Shown here one piece after another: positions 38,632 through 49,036 of a DNA stretch of 64,000 nt. Under the pieces are notes generated by a model. That model worked only from the letters and a program-made list of their open reading frames with translations, searched no databases and was not told the origin of the DNA. The DNA lies in NCBI GenBank assembly GCA_030834985.1, contig JAUQWV010000001.1:192680-256679 (forward strand), written 5' to 3'. The DNA is from Candidatus Dojkabacteria bacterium (GTDB lineage Bacteria > Patescibacteriota > Dojkabacteria > J137). The position numbers and the translations under genes were made by a program. Position 1 is the first letter of the stretch. Each line of letters opens with the position of its first letter.

Positions 38632-41138
38632 ATTAAACCTAGCTGATCAGGATGAATAGCTTTTGGTTTGGTTATGCCTTTTGGTGGGGAGGCTTTTGAA
38701 TTCTTCTTTACTGTCTTTTCAACTTTGTTGTCTAATTCAAAAGCCTCTAGGATTTCATTTGCTCTAGTTAAAACCTCTTTAGGTATACCAGCTAGTTTTG
38801 CAACGTGAACACCATAGCTTTGATTAGTTCCTCCTTTAACAATTTTATGCTTAAACATAATTTCGCCTTTATCTTCTAAAACCTCAACATTATAGTTAGC
38901 GATCTCTTTATATTGTTTTTCTAGATCAATAAGCTCGTGGTAGTGAGTTGCAAAAAGTGTTTTAGCTTTAATCTGTTTATAAACAAACTCTATTATTGAC
39001 CAAGCAATTGCAACTCCGTCATAAGTACTTGTACCTCTACCAACTTCATCTAAAATAATTAAGCTATCTTTTGTAGCGTTATTTAAAATATTTGCCGTTT
39101 CATTCATTTCAACCATAAATGTTGATTCGCCTTTGCTCAAATTATCTGTTGCACCCACTCTTGTAAAAATCCTATCGATTAATTTCCATTCCATCTTTTT
39201 AGCAGGTACAAAAGATCCAATTTGCGCCATCAATGTTATTAACGCAATCTGCCTAATATATGTTGATTTTCCCGACATATTTGGGCCAGTTAGAATATGA
39301 ATATAGTCACTATTAAATTCAATAGAATTAGGAGTAAAGTCGCTAACGATTTTTTCAATAACTGGATGCCTTGAATCTTCAATTAATAAAATATTATTAC
39401 TTTTTATCATAGGCTTTGTGTATTGATTCTCTCTTGCAACTTTTGCAAAGTTAACATAGCAATCAATTTCCGAGATAATTTCTGCAACTTCTAAGATTTC
39501 AGCAATGCATTCAGCAATTTTATTCCTAATTTCAAAAAATACATCCTGTTCTAATCTGATTAACTTTTCTTCTGCAGAAAGGATTTTTTCCTCTAATTCT
39601 TTTAATTCAGGGATAATATATCGTTCAGCATTTGCCAAAGTTTGTTTACGGATATAGTAATCTGGTACTTTATTTAGGTGAGTTTTTGTAATTTCTATAT
39701 AGTAGCCAAAAACCTGGTTGAATGAGATTTTTAATGTATTAATACCCGTCTTTTCAATTTCCTGACTTTGTAAATTAGCAAGAATCTGTTTAGAATTTTG
39801 TCTTAAAGATCTAATTTCATCTATTTCGGTATTAAAACCTTCTTTTATTATTCCTGTATTGCTGATTGAAGCTGGCGGCTCATCTGCAATTGATTTATCA
39901 ATAATACCAACTACTTTATTCACCGCTGATAATAACTCTGAATCACTTGCCGCCAGCTTTTCAACAAACATATTTAACCTTTTAGATAATTTCGTGTTTG
40001 TTCTAACTTGTTTAATCAACTGCTCAATATTTAGCAAGCTATTTTTTAAAGCAATTAAATCTCGTGGATTGGCTGATTGAACACCAATTCGGCCCATTAT
40101 TCTTTCTATATCTGCTATATTGCTTAAATTTGAATCGATATCTGAAGCTAAAATAGGATTATTATAGAATGTTTCAACGCTATCAAGCCTATCTTGCAAA
40201 ATATCAGGATTTATTAAAGGGTAAATAATCCAATTTCTAAGCTTACGCTTACCCATTGCTGTTGCAGCTTGATTTAGAACACCATAAAGAGTATTTTTAT
40301 CGTTACCATTTGCAGAATAAACAAGCTCTAAATTCCTGATTGTTTCAAAATCAAGCTGCATATAATCAGAATATTGATATTTTCTGATTGTCTTAATATG
40401 TTTTAACTCACTTCGTTGGTATTCCTGCAAAAAGTTTATTAAAACGCCTGCTACAATGATTAATGGATCAATATCCTCAATACCAAATCCTCTTAAAGAT
40501 AGAACCTGTAATTGACTTAGCAGAATTTCACTTGCATAACCTAAATCAAATTTTGAATCTTCAGCCTTTTCAATAGGTCTACTATAAATTCCCTTTAGGA
40601 ACTCATAATCTTTTACTGCAGTTAAGATCTCTGATGGATTTACTTTATTAAGTTCCAGTTTAAGCTGATTTAACGACTGTGTTGAAAATACTTGAAGCAA
40701 GCCAGTTGTTAAATCACAGTAAGATAATAAGTAAAACGTTTGTTTTTTATCCACGAATCTGTAAAAACAAGCGATAAAGTTATTTTTTGAAGCGTCTAAC
40801 GAGTTTTCATCCATGACGGTTCCCGGCGTAACAACTTTGGTTACTTTCCTTTCTACTAACTTGCCGGGAACCGCCTCTTCAACCTGATCTGCAATTACAA
40901 CTTTTAAGCTTGCTTCTACCATCTTTGGCATATATGTAGCAAGTGCATGGTGCGGTATTCCTGCCATTGGTGTTCTTTTATCATCTTTTCCTCTGCCAGT
41001 AAGGGTTATTCCTAAAACTTTTGAAAGAGTTATAGCATCCTCGTTAAAAGCTTCATAAAAGTCTCCAAGCCTGAATAAAACAATAAAATCCTTATACTCA
41101 GCCTTGATTTTTTGATACTGTTCCTGCATGGGAGTCAT
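38628..41138 (-). CDS. mutS: DNA mismatch repair protein MutS
   Basis: TPM..QY, GDFYE, GPNMSGKST, STFMVEM, DEVGRGTS, ATHYHEL, terminal QLGLI. Confidence 0.97.
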   Translation of the reverse strand: MTPMQEQYQKIKAEYKDFIVLFRLGDFYEAFNEDAITLSKVLGITLTGRGKDDKRTPMAGIPHHALATYMPKMVEASLKVVIADQVEEAVPGKLVERKVTKVVTPGTVMDENSLDASKNNFIACFYRFVDKKQTFYLLSYCDLTTGLLQVFSTQSLNQLKLELNKVNPSEILTAVKDYEFLKGIYSRPIEKAEDSKFDLGYASEILLSQLQVLSLRGFGIEDIDPLIIVAGVLINFLQEYQRSELKHIKTIRKYQYSDYMQLDFETIRNLELVYSANGNDKNTLYGVLNQAATAMGKRKLRNWIIYPLINPDILQDRLDSVETFYNNPILASDIDSNLSNIADIERIMGRIGVQSANPRDLIALKNSLLNIEQLIKQVRTNTKLSKRLNMFVEKLAASDSELLSAVNKVVGIIDKSIADEPPASISNTGIIKEGFNTEIDEIRSLRQNSKQILANLQSQEIEKTGINTLKISFNQVFGYYIEITKTHLNKVPDYYIRKQTLANAERYIIPELKELEEKILSAEEKLIRLEQDVFFEIRNKIAECIAEILEVAEIISEIDCYVNFAKVARENQYTKPMIKSNNILLIEDSRHPVIEKIVSDFTPNSIEFNSDYIHILTGPNMSGKSTYIRQIALITLMAQIGSFVPAKKMEWKLIDRIFTRVGATDNLSKGESTFMVEMNETANILNNATKDSLIILDEVGRGTSTYDGVAIAWSIIEFVYKQIKAKTLFATHYHELIDLEKQYKEIANYNVEVLEDKGEIMFKHKIVKGGTNQSYGVHVAKLAGIPKEVLTRANEILEAFELDNKVEKTVKKNSKASPPKGITKPKAIHPDQLGLI

Positions 41139-41174
41139 ATATGTGGATTATACATCAAGTTTTATTTGTATCAG

Positions 41175-41456
41175 TTATTTGTTCTTTTCCCGAAATTGGG
41201 CATCTATAAAATCTTTTGTTTGTGCAGAAGAGTCTTTTTTTGTTTTAGATTGGGCTGAAGTTCTTTTTGAAGTAAAACTTAAATATATTGCCTTAAGCAG
41301 ATAGTAGATTTCTCTAATAAATCCTATTGTAAGCAGTACAGTTCTAGCCCTTTTATATGTAAACATTACTACAAAACTTATAAGGACAAAAACCGTAAGC
41401 AAAGATAAACAGCAGAAAAATATTAATAAGTATCTAAACAAATTCTCAATATCCAT
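41175..41456 (-). CDS. Hypothetical small membrane protein
   Basis: Hydrophobic N-terminus, basic tail ending FIDAQFREK. Confidence 0.65.
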   Translation of the reverse strand: MDIENLFRYLLIFFCCLSLLTVFVLISFVVMFTYKRARTVLLTIGFIREIYYLLKAIYLSFTSKRTSAQSKTKKDSSAQTKDFIDAQFREKNK

Positions 41457-41465
41457 ATAAGGAAT

Positions 41466-41483
41466 ATTTTATCATGATAGAAT
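41466..41483. promoter_or_regulatory. Palindromic back-to-back extended -10 elements
   Basis: ATTTTATCATGATAGAAT reads TGATAGAAT on plus and TGATAAAAT on minus. Confidence 0.6.
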
Positions 41484-41490
41484 TATAAGG

Positions 41491-42576
41491 ATGAAAAAAT
41501 TATTCACCACTATAAATATCAACAGATTTCTCTTGCTAATAATCTTAGCTGTTATTCTGGCATACCAGCTTGTTGGAGGATATAAATATTTTGAATTATC
41601 AAACGACGGACAAATATTAGCATTAAGACTTCAAGACTTTTTAACGCTATTTTTAAGCATAATAGTAGAAGCATTTCCATTTGTAATTTTAGGCGTTACT
41701 ATTTCTACGTTGGTAGGAGTTGGGTTTTTCAGCTGGCTAGCAACTCAAGTTAAAACTCATAAATATATTTTGGCTCCTTTGTATTTAATCTATATTCTAT
41801 TTAACACGATTGATAAAAAACTTTATAAAAATAGATTTTACTCACACATAAAAATTTCATTAATGGGTGTTGTGTTACCTGTTTGTGAATGCGGTAATGT
41901 TCCTGTTGCTAGAAGGCTTTTGTTAAGTGGATTTACAGTATCACAATCTATAACTTTTTTACTAGCGGCACCAATTTTGAACCCAGTTACTTTTCTAACT
42001 ACAATGGAAGCATTTAGTTTTGATCCAAGTGTTGTAGTTATTAGAATGCTTGCTGGTTTTATAATTGCAAATTTTATTGGAATTTTGTTAAGTTATAAAA
42101 AACCCCAAAGTGATTTTTTAAACCTAGATTTCTACCAAGAAGTTTGTGAAGCGGTTGACCACAAGCACTCTAAAAATAGATTTATAGAAGCGTTAAACAC
42201 TTTCCAAAGAGAATTCTTAGAGATCTTTAAAGTACTTGTAATCGGAGCTATTTTAGCTGGTATTTCACAAACATTTATCCCAAGAGATATAATAATAGCA
42301 ATAGGACAAAATCCATTATTGTCTATTCTTGCAATGATTTTACTAGCATTTGTTATCTCAATTTGTTCAAACGTTGATGCTTTCTTTGCATTGTCTTATG
42401 CAAATTCTTTTACAATGGGTTCTATTTTAGGCTTTTTAGTTTTTGGACCAATGATAGATATAAAAATGTTAACTATGATGAAATCTACATACAAACTTAA
42501 ATTATTAGGATTAGTTACGGTATATGTGTTCTTATTTAGTTTCTTAACAGCACTAATAGTAAATTTTATTAAATGA
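41491..42576 (+). CDS. DUF318/ArsP-family permease (YcgR-like)
   Basis: IVEAFPF, PVCECGNVP, AAPILNP, ICSNVDAF, GPMIDIK. Confidence 0.9.
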   Translation: MKKLFTTININRFLLLIILAVILAYQLVGGYKYFELSNDGQILALRLQDFLTLFLSIIVEAFPFVILGVTISTLVGVGFFSWLATQVKTHKYILAPLYLIYILFNTIDKKLYKNRFYSHIKISLMGVVLPVCECGNVPVARRLLLSGFTVSQSITFLLAAPILNPVTFLTTMEAFSFDPSVVVIRMLAGFIIANFIGILLSYKKPQSDFLNLDFYQEVCEAVDHKHSKNRFIEALNTFQREFLEIFKVLVIGAILAGISQTFIPRDIIIAIGQNPLLSILAMILLAFVISICSNVDAFFALSYANSFTMGSILGFLVFGPMIDIKMLTMMKSTYKLKLLGLVTVYVFLFSFLTALIVNFIK

Positions 42577-43424
42577 CACGAATAATTAGTTCAATAACAC
42601 TACTAGGAATGGGAATATACGGCTTATTATTGGCACATAACAATAAGTTAGGATTATATATTCACCCGCGTTTCTTTGAAGAGTCATTTATTGCAAGTAT
42701 AGTAGCTGTATTGATTGGGGCAGTATCTTTGATCTATTTTATCTATAAAGATAGACGAGAATTTTACCAGTTTAAACGTCTTTTTAATCAAAAAATAATG
42801 GTAATAGGTGTTTTAATAGCTCTTTCTTTTTTAGTTAACAGCTTATTTTTGATATTAGCTGCATTTGTAGTTATTGTTCCTTTTAAATACGAGGATAGAT
42901 TTACTAGAATAATTAAAAACGATATATTTGGAACCCTTTTAGTTTTATTAGTAGTACTGGCAGGACTTTTTTTACCTGCAAGAGGTTTAAGCTCAATTAC
43001 AGCTTCACAAAGATCAATTGATTTAAATGCTATTAATTTAACACAAACTACTGCAAGCGCAATCCAAAATTTTAGTAAATCCACAAGTAATTACACATTA
43101 GGAGATTGGATTGCGCTCCAAAACTACAATCCTGACCCTCTTTTTTATAAAGACAAAGATGTAAAGATTTCAGGATTTGTATACAGACCTGATAATTTAC
43201 ATTTAGATAAAGATACTTTTTTAGTAGCTAGATTTATTATTACCTGTTGTGCAGTTGATGCAAGACCAGTAGGGCTTAGAGTTAAAACTAATGAATACAA
43301 TCCTGATCAGGATGAATGGGTTGAAGTTGAAGGGCTTTTTAATGTAGATGAAAATCAAAACTTAATAATTGAACCTAAAAATATTATCAAGCTCGAAGAG
43401 CCTGGTAATCCCTATATCTTTTAA
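42573..43424 (+). CDS. TIGR03943/DUF1980-family membrane protein (YcgQ-like)
   Basis: YIHPRF, GFVY, RFIITCCAVDA, WVEVEG, terminal PYIF. Confidence 0.9.
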   Translation: MTRIISSITLLGMGIYGLLLAHNNKLGLYIHPRFFEESFIASIVAVLIGAVSLIYFIYKDRREFYQFKRLFNQKIMVIGVLIALSFLVNSLFLILAAFVVIVPFKYEDRFTRIIKNDIFGTLLVLLVVLAGLFLPARGLSSITASQRSIDLNAINLTQTTASAIQNFSKSTSNYTLGDWIALQNYNPDPLFYKDKDVKISGFVYRPDNLHLDKDTFLVARFIITCCAVDARPVGLRVKTNEYNPDQDEWVEVEGLFNVDENQNLIIEPKNIIKLEEPGNPYIF

Positions 43425-44827
43425 TGAAAAAACTTCTTAAATTCAACAAATTAAGCATAGTTTCAATAATCATATTGATTATTTTAACCTTGGTATTGAT
43501 TGCACTAAATACCTTAACTCATCCCCATGTAGTTGGGATTAATGTAATTGGAGGTGCAGAAAACGCTAAACTTAAAAATCAGCAGATTAGAATTGAGTTT
43601 AATAGGCCTATTAATAGAGATACTGTAACTAACTCTATTGAAATTACACCAAAAGCAGATTTTAGAAGTTTATGGTCTGGCAATAATTTAATTTTGGCAT
43701 TTGATACTTCCCTAGACTCACAAACCGATTATACTCTCACATTAAAGAAAAATATTACTGATATCTACAATGAAGAATTTACAGAAGATTATATTTTTCA
43801 TTTTAAAACTGAAATTCCAAGACTCGCTGTAATAGAAAAAGTTCACGATAATACCACTAATACAATTGCTATATATAATGCTAACTTAGCCGGCAGGCAA
43901 GAGTTGCTTAAACGGGACAATATTCAGTTTTACGGCCTTAATGAAACATTCCTAGTAGTTGTTACAGAAAGTAACTACACCAATAATATTGAACTTATTA
44001 ACCGTGTTACAAACGAGGTCCAGAATTTTAATCTTAACAACGTTAGAATAAATTCATTTGCATTTTCACCAACAAGAAATGAATTTGCCTATGCTTTCCA
44101 AGAAGTTGAAGTAGAGCAAAATTACTATATACCTATATCAGATGCTAAAGTTATTGTTTACGATATTGATGCCAGATCACAAATAGATTTTAATCCGCAA
44201 AATAGTGCAGATGATGTTGTTTATCTGGAATATTCTAATGACGGTAACTCTCTTTTATATAGATCCAGCGATTCATTTTATACTTTAGCTGAAATAAAAA
44301 GACAGGATAACTTTACAGGTATAGGCCGTTATCTATGGTCAGGAAATTTTAATAAAGATAGCGATAAGATTATTTTTTTAACATTTGATCCTGCCAGTTC
44401 TCAAATACCCTATCAGTTTATATCTACATTTAGTTCAGAAAGAGAAATAATTAATATTACTGACGGATTTACAGCAGTGCTAGATCCTGTTTTTATGAAT
44501 AAAACAGATTTGATATTATTTGCACAAAAACATAAAGATCTAGATAGAACAAAAGGAATTTATAAAATTATGCAGACTGACTTAAGCGGCAATTCAGTGG
44601 AAGTGATTTCTAACGAAAAATACAGTCTGGAATTACCGCTTCCAAGCCCTGATGACCGCTACATTGCAATAGAAAAATATAACGAAATAAACTTACTGAA
44701 TTTCACAAATGCTAGAAACTATGGATTTCAAAATAAACCTCAGCTTGCTAACATTATAGTTTTTGATACAGTGGAAAATAAACTATACGATACTAATTTA
44801 ATTGCAGTAGAAGCTAAATGGATTTAA
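43424..44827 (+). CDS. Membrane-anchored Ig-like (Big_5-type) plus TolB-like beta-propeller protein
   Basis: TM; IRIEFNRPI..W.GN.L..YTLTL..F.F.T; repeats FSPT, YSNDG, PSPDD. Confidence 0.7.
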   Translation: MKKLLKFNKLSIVSIIILIILTLVLIALNTLTHPHVVGINVIGGAENAKLKNQQIRIEFNRPINRDTVTNSIEITPKADFRSLWSGNNLILAFDTSLDSQTDYTLTLKKNITDIYNEEFTEDYIFHFKTEIPRLAVIEKVHDNTTNTIAIYNANLAGRQELLKRDNIQFYGLNETFLVVVTESNYTNNIELINRVTNEVQNFNLNNVRINSFAFSPTRNEFAYAFQEVEVEQNYYIPISDAKVIVYDIDARSQIDFNPQNSADDVVYLEYSNDGNSLLYRSSDSFYTLAEIKRQDNFTGIGRYLWSGNFNKDSDKIIFLTFDPASSQIPYQFISTFSSEREIINITDGFTAVLDPVFMNKTDLILFAQKHKDLDRTKGIYKIMQTDLSGNSVEVISNEKYSLELPLPSPDDRYIAIEKYNEINLLNFTNARNYGFQNKPQLANIIVFDTVENKLYDTNLIAVEAKWI

Positions 44828-45789
44828 GAATATTTACAAAAACGTTGTTACTTACACTACTATTTATTATCCCTATAAGTTCTTATCCTCTTAAAGCAGA
44901 TTCAGGTTTTGAATTGACACCAGCAAGTACAGATTTCACACTCAGAACAGAACAAAGTCATTCAGGCACATTTACAATAACAAATAATGAAGATGCAGAG
45001 GTATCAATCACTTTACAAGAAGGAATGTATGTTGATGGGCAAATTGTTAAAGAGGACTTTTCTTGGATAACAACCTCTCCACAACAATTTGCCCTTAAAA
45101 AATCTCAATCGCAAGAGATTCAATACACGCTTACGGTACCATCAGATACTCCTAAAGGCGTTTATAACAAATTAATATTACTTAATATTGCTGCAAATAC
45201 GGCAACACGGGAGCAAAATAACTATCCTACAATAGATTTAACAATCCCCTACCAAATAAACATATTTGTAGATTCTTTATTTGCAAGTGATTTAGGAATT
45301 AAGGTCACTGAATTTTCATCAGATACTAAACTTACAATTAATAACCAGATTGTATTTAAAATAAAAGTTGAAAATAAAGGAATGAATCAAATATCAAAAC
45401 CTATTGGACATTTAAGAATTATCAGCTCAATGGGAGATGTTGTATATTCCGCAGTTCTTAATGAAAGCCTAAAAGCTGTTACCGATTCTGATACCTTTGA
45501 ATATGACTTTACAGCAAACTATCCTATTAATAATATTATCGATATTGGTCAGTATAGAGCCGAGCTTTTGTTTACTGATTCATTAAGTGGATCAACCGAA
45601 TTAAAACAAATGACCTTTGTTTCAATTAACTATCTATTGTTTGTAATTATTATTGGCGTAATAACTGCAATTTTCTTTTTAACTGGAACAATAAAAGGTT
45701 TATTATTAGAAACAAGTTCTATTAAAATTGCGGAAAACCAAAAATATATTGGCATTCAAAAAGAAACTAGAATTAGATCGGCTAAATAA
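44818..45789 (+). CDS. Exported Ig-fold protein with C-terminal TM anchor
   Basis: Signal peptide, LTVPSDTPKGVY, VENKG, GQYRAEL, C-terminal hydrophobic helix. Confidence 0.7.
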   Translation: MDLRIFTKTLLLTLLFIIPISSYPLKADSGFELTPASTDFTLRTEQSHSGTFTITNNEDAEVSITLQEGMYVDGQIVKEDFSWITTSPQQFALKKSQSQEIQYTLTVPSDTPKGVYNKLILLNIAANTATREQNNYPTIDLTIPYQINIFVDSLFASDLGIKVTEFSSDTKLTINNQIVFKIKVENKGMNQISKPIGHLRIISSMGDVVYSAVLNESLKAVTDSDTFEYDFTANYPINNIIDIGQYRAELLFTDSLSGSTELKQMTFVSINYLLFVIIIGVITAIFFLTGTIKGLLLETSSIKIAENQKYIGIQKETRIRSAK

Positions 45790-45790
45790 A

Positions 45791-48058
45791 TTATTCTTTA
45801 GCTTCAGATTGATACTTTTTATTCCTTAATTTTCTTCTTTGAATTACTGCAAATAAGTAAGGTGCAAGCGATAGCGTAATTGGAACCATTGTACCTACAG
45901 CCACCAAAGTAACCTGCTTTGTATTGTCTAAGTTTAGTAGCGTTGCAGTATTACCCTTAGACTTAATACTTCCTATTAAACTATCTTTTGCAAGCCACGA
46001 TACTGCATTCAAGGCAAACGATATACTATTTTTATCTTGACTTTGTCTTTGTGCTAGTCCTTCTAGAATACTATCTGTTAAGAAATCAGTATCAGCTACC
46101 ACTACTGCTCTTCCACCATTTGAATTTTCTAATGCTACCGCAACAGTTCTTTTACTATCCGTATTAGAAGGTTGCCAGTCCTGATCAAATGATAAATTTA
46201 GATTATCGCTTGTCTGAATATTTGCACTGTTTCCTGTTTCAAGCAAAGTATAAATTGTGTGACCATCTTTATTTTCAGTAGAAATTGAACTTGCAAATAA
46301 TAGTGATACATTATTTACATCTTTATTAATATTTGTAGAGTTCTCTACAGAATTTGCAATAAACCACATTGGAAAATTAAACACGATAGGTGAAAACAAT
46401 GATTGCAGTGCAATAATATTGTTATTTTCTAGATCATAAACCATATCATTATTTATTTTCACACCATATTCTTCAAAAAGGGCTGCTAAACTATTTTCAT
46501 TTAAAGCAGGTGTTTCTGTATTTGTATCAATAGTATCTGTCATTAAAAAGATACTGCCACCATTTACATAAAAGTTTTTTAATTCGGTTACTGCATTATC
46601 AGTAAATTCTTCAACAGGACCAGCAATGATTACTGTAGAAATATCTTCTGGAATTTCAGCTGATTCTTCTGTTAAGGAAATAGAAGTAACATCAAATAAA
46701 TCAACAAGTTCTTTATTAAATACAGTAAGATCATTGGTTGTGGAATGTGCAACATTATTTGTAATAAATGCAATCTTTCTTTTTTGAGTCTCACTTAGCT
46801 TCTTAATTTTTTTTGTTATTTGATATTCAAGGTCATTTAAGATCTCATTATTAAAGTTTAGTACTTCACTTTTATCTTCGTATTTAAAAGCTACACCAAA
46901 ATATCCAACTACAACTTGTGCAGAATCGCTTGAATTAACACTAAACTGAATTTGACTAATACCATCGGTTTGAGCTTTTGATTGAAGAGAAGTATCTTTG
47001 TCTGGTTCTATTAAATTTACACTTACTTTGCCTCCTGAAGCTTTTGAGTAATCAGAAAGCAAATCCTGCACTCTTCTAAGCTCACTTTGAAACTCTATTG
47101 GAAGGTTAGACGATGCATAATAATCAACTGTTAAGCTATTCGGCATTCTATTTAAAACCTCTACCGTAGCTGCAGACAAGGTATACCGTTGATCTGATGT
47201 AAAATCAATTCTGCCTGGGATTACTTGACCTAATGTTCCTAATAAAAAAGCTATTATTACAAATAATGCAGTAGCTACCTTAGCTTTTTTTAAATATTTA
47301 TGGCCCACAGGATACTTATCTTTTATTAACAAGTAATACGCCAAACTTAAGAATAAAAAGATAAAAGCTATAAAGTAGAAAATATCTCTAAAGTCTAAAA
47401 CTCCTCTGGATACTGATTGGTAGTGAGAAAGTAAACTTAATTTTTCTAAAATAGATGAAATTGGTGCAGGTAACACTGCAACAAAACTTGAGCCGATTAA
47501 AATCAATACAGCTATAACAACTACTGAAGTTAAAAATGACGCAATTTCAGCTTTGAAAAGAGCTGAAATTGCTAATCCTACACTAACCATGCACAAGCCA
47601 AGTACGAGTGCTCCCGCATATTGCATAACTGCTTGTCCAAAATCGATACCCGAATAAGAAGCAACTACCACTGTTATTGGCAATGTTAATAAGATCAGAA
47701 TAAATGTTAACAATGAATACGAGATAAATTTCCCTAATAGTAAATCAAGCTCAGTCAATGGCTTTGACAATAAATACTCAAAAGTTCCATTACTCTTTTC
47801 TTTTGAAATTGCACCCATAGTTAATGCCGGTACTGCAATTGCTAAGGCAAAAGCAATATAACCAAACATTTGAGTTAAATCATTTGTACCAAATTGATTG
47901 TATCTTCCGATTCCAAACAATAATATTGCAACAACTACAATAAATAGTGAGCCTACTATTAACCCTGTTGATGAGAAAAGTATTGACTTTAATTCCTTAA
48001 GAATAAGGGATACAAACGATCTTTTTAATCTTAAATCTTTTAATTTTAGCTTAGCCAT
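45791..48058 (-). CDS. ABC-2 permease fused to a GldG-like extracellular domain
   Basis: KEKSNGTFEYLLSKP, GVLDFRDIFYF, IDFTSDQRYTLS, LEYQIT, IIAGP, VVVADTDF. Confidence 0.88.
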   Translation of the reverse strand: MAKLKLKDLRLKRSFVSLILKELKSILFSSTGLIVGSLFIVVVAILLFGIGRYNQFGTNDLTQMFGYIAFALAIAVPALTMGAISKEKSNGTFEYLLSKPLTELDLLLGKFISYSLLTFILILLTLPITVVVASYSGIDFGQAVMQYAGALVLGLCMVSVGLAISALFKAEIASFLTSVVVIAVLILIGSSFVAVLPAPISSILEKLSLLSHYQSVSRGVLDFRDIFYFIAFIFLFLSLAYYLLIKDKYPVGHKYLKKAKVATALFVIIAFLLGTLGQVIPGRIDFTSDQRYTLSAATVEVLNRMPNSLTVDYYASSNLPIEFQSELRRVQDLLSDYSKASGGKVSVNLIEPDKDTSLQSKAQTDGISQIQFSVNSSDSAQVVVGYFGVAFKYEDKSEVLNFNNEILNDLEYQITKKIKKLSETQKRKIAFITNNVAHSTTNDLTVFNKELVDLFDVTSISLTEESAEIPEDISTVIIAGPVEEFTDNAVTELKNFYVNGGSIFLMTDTIDTNTETPALNENSLAALFEEYGVKINNDMVYDLENNNIIALQSLFSPIVFNFPMWFIANSVENSTNINKDVNNVSLLFASSISTENKDGHTIYTLLETGNSANIQTSDNLNLSFDQDWQPSNTDSKRTVAVALENSNGGRAVVVADTDFLTDSILEGLAQRQSQDKNSISFALNAVSWLAKDSLIGSIKSKGNTATLLNLDNTKQVTLVAVGTMVPITLSLAPYLFAVIQRRKLRNKKYQSEAKE

Positions 48059-48059
48059 A

Positions 48060-48974
48060 TTAATTAAGTGTTAATGATCTAAATATCTCTTCTAAGTTCT
48101 GTGTACTTGTTTTTAGCTGTAAAAGATCCCAGTTAGAAGACCTATAAGCATTATTAATTTGTTTAAGCATATTTTCTTCGTTCTCGCCAATAAGTTCATA
48201 AGTAAACTTATTGTTATTGATACCTTGTAAAGTTACTTTAACATCTAAGAATTCAAACGATGGTTCTGTTTCAGCTCTTAAGCTTAAAGTAATTGTAGTA
48301 TGTTTGAGCTGTTCATTTACAATTGATTCTTTGCTTCCATCTTTTACAATCTCTCCCTTATTTATAATCACAATTCTATTACACATTGCTTCAACTTCTT
48401 GCAGTACATGAGTAGAAATAATTACTGTTTTATTTTTTCCAAGCTCAGAGATTAAACTCCTGATTTCAGCGCGTTGGTTTGGATCAAGGCCTTCTGTTGG
48501 TTCATCTAAAATCAAAATTTCAGGATCAGGAACTAAAACTTGCGCCAAACCAACGCGCTGCTTGTAACCTTTAGAAAGTTCAGAGATCTGTTTATAAAAC
48601 ACACTTTTTAATCCTGTTGCTTTTACAACATAATCAATTCTTTCTTTATATTTTGCTTTTGTAAAATTTGATAAATCAAGCGCTAATTCAATGGCCTCTT
48701 TAACAGTCATTTCTTTATACAATGGATTATTTTCTGGCATAAATCCGATTCGCTTTTTACCGTAGATTGGGGAATTTCTAATACTCTTATTATTTATAAA
48801 AACATCACCTTGATCTGGAATAATCAGGCCAGCTATAATTTTCATTGTTGTACTTTTACCTGCGCCGTTCGGTCCTAAAAGACCAACTACTTCACCTTTA
48901 TCTATTTTTAAACTTAAATTCTTTACAGCAGCAATATCGCTGTAGCGCTTGGTAATGTTTTTAATTTCAATCAT
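48060..48974 (-). CDS. ABC transporter ATP-binding protein (GldA-like)
   Basis: GPNGAGKST, LSKGYKQR, LDEPT, STH. Confidence 0.93.
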   Translation of the reverse strand: MIEIKNITKRYSDIAAVKNLSLKIDKGEVVGLLGPNGAGKSTTMKIIAGLIIPDQGDVFINNKSIRNSPIYGKKRIGFMPENNPLYKEMTVKEAIELALDLSNFTKAKYKERIDYVVKATGLKSVFYKQISELSKGYKQRVGLAQVLVPDPEILILDEPTEGLDPNQRAEIRSLISELGKNKTVIISTHVLQEVEAMCNRIVIINKGEIVKDGSKESIVNEQLKHTTITLSLRAETEPSFEFLDVKVTLQGINNNKFTYELIGENEENMLKQINNAYRSSNWDLLQLKTSTQNLEEIFRSLTLN

Positions 48975-49036
48975 GCTTTTAATATAACTATAATGTTTTA
49001 CAAATTCTATACATCGAATGTGAATTATCTGTGAAG

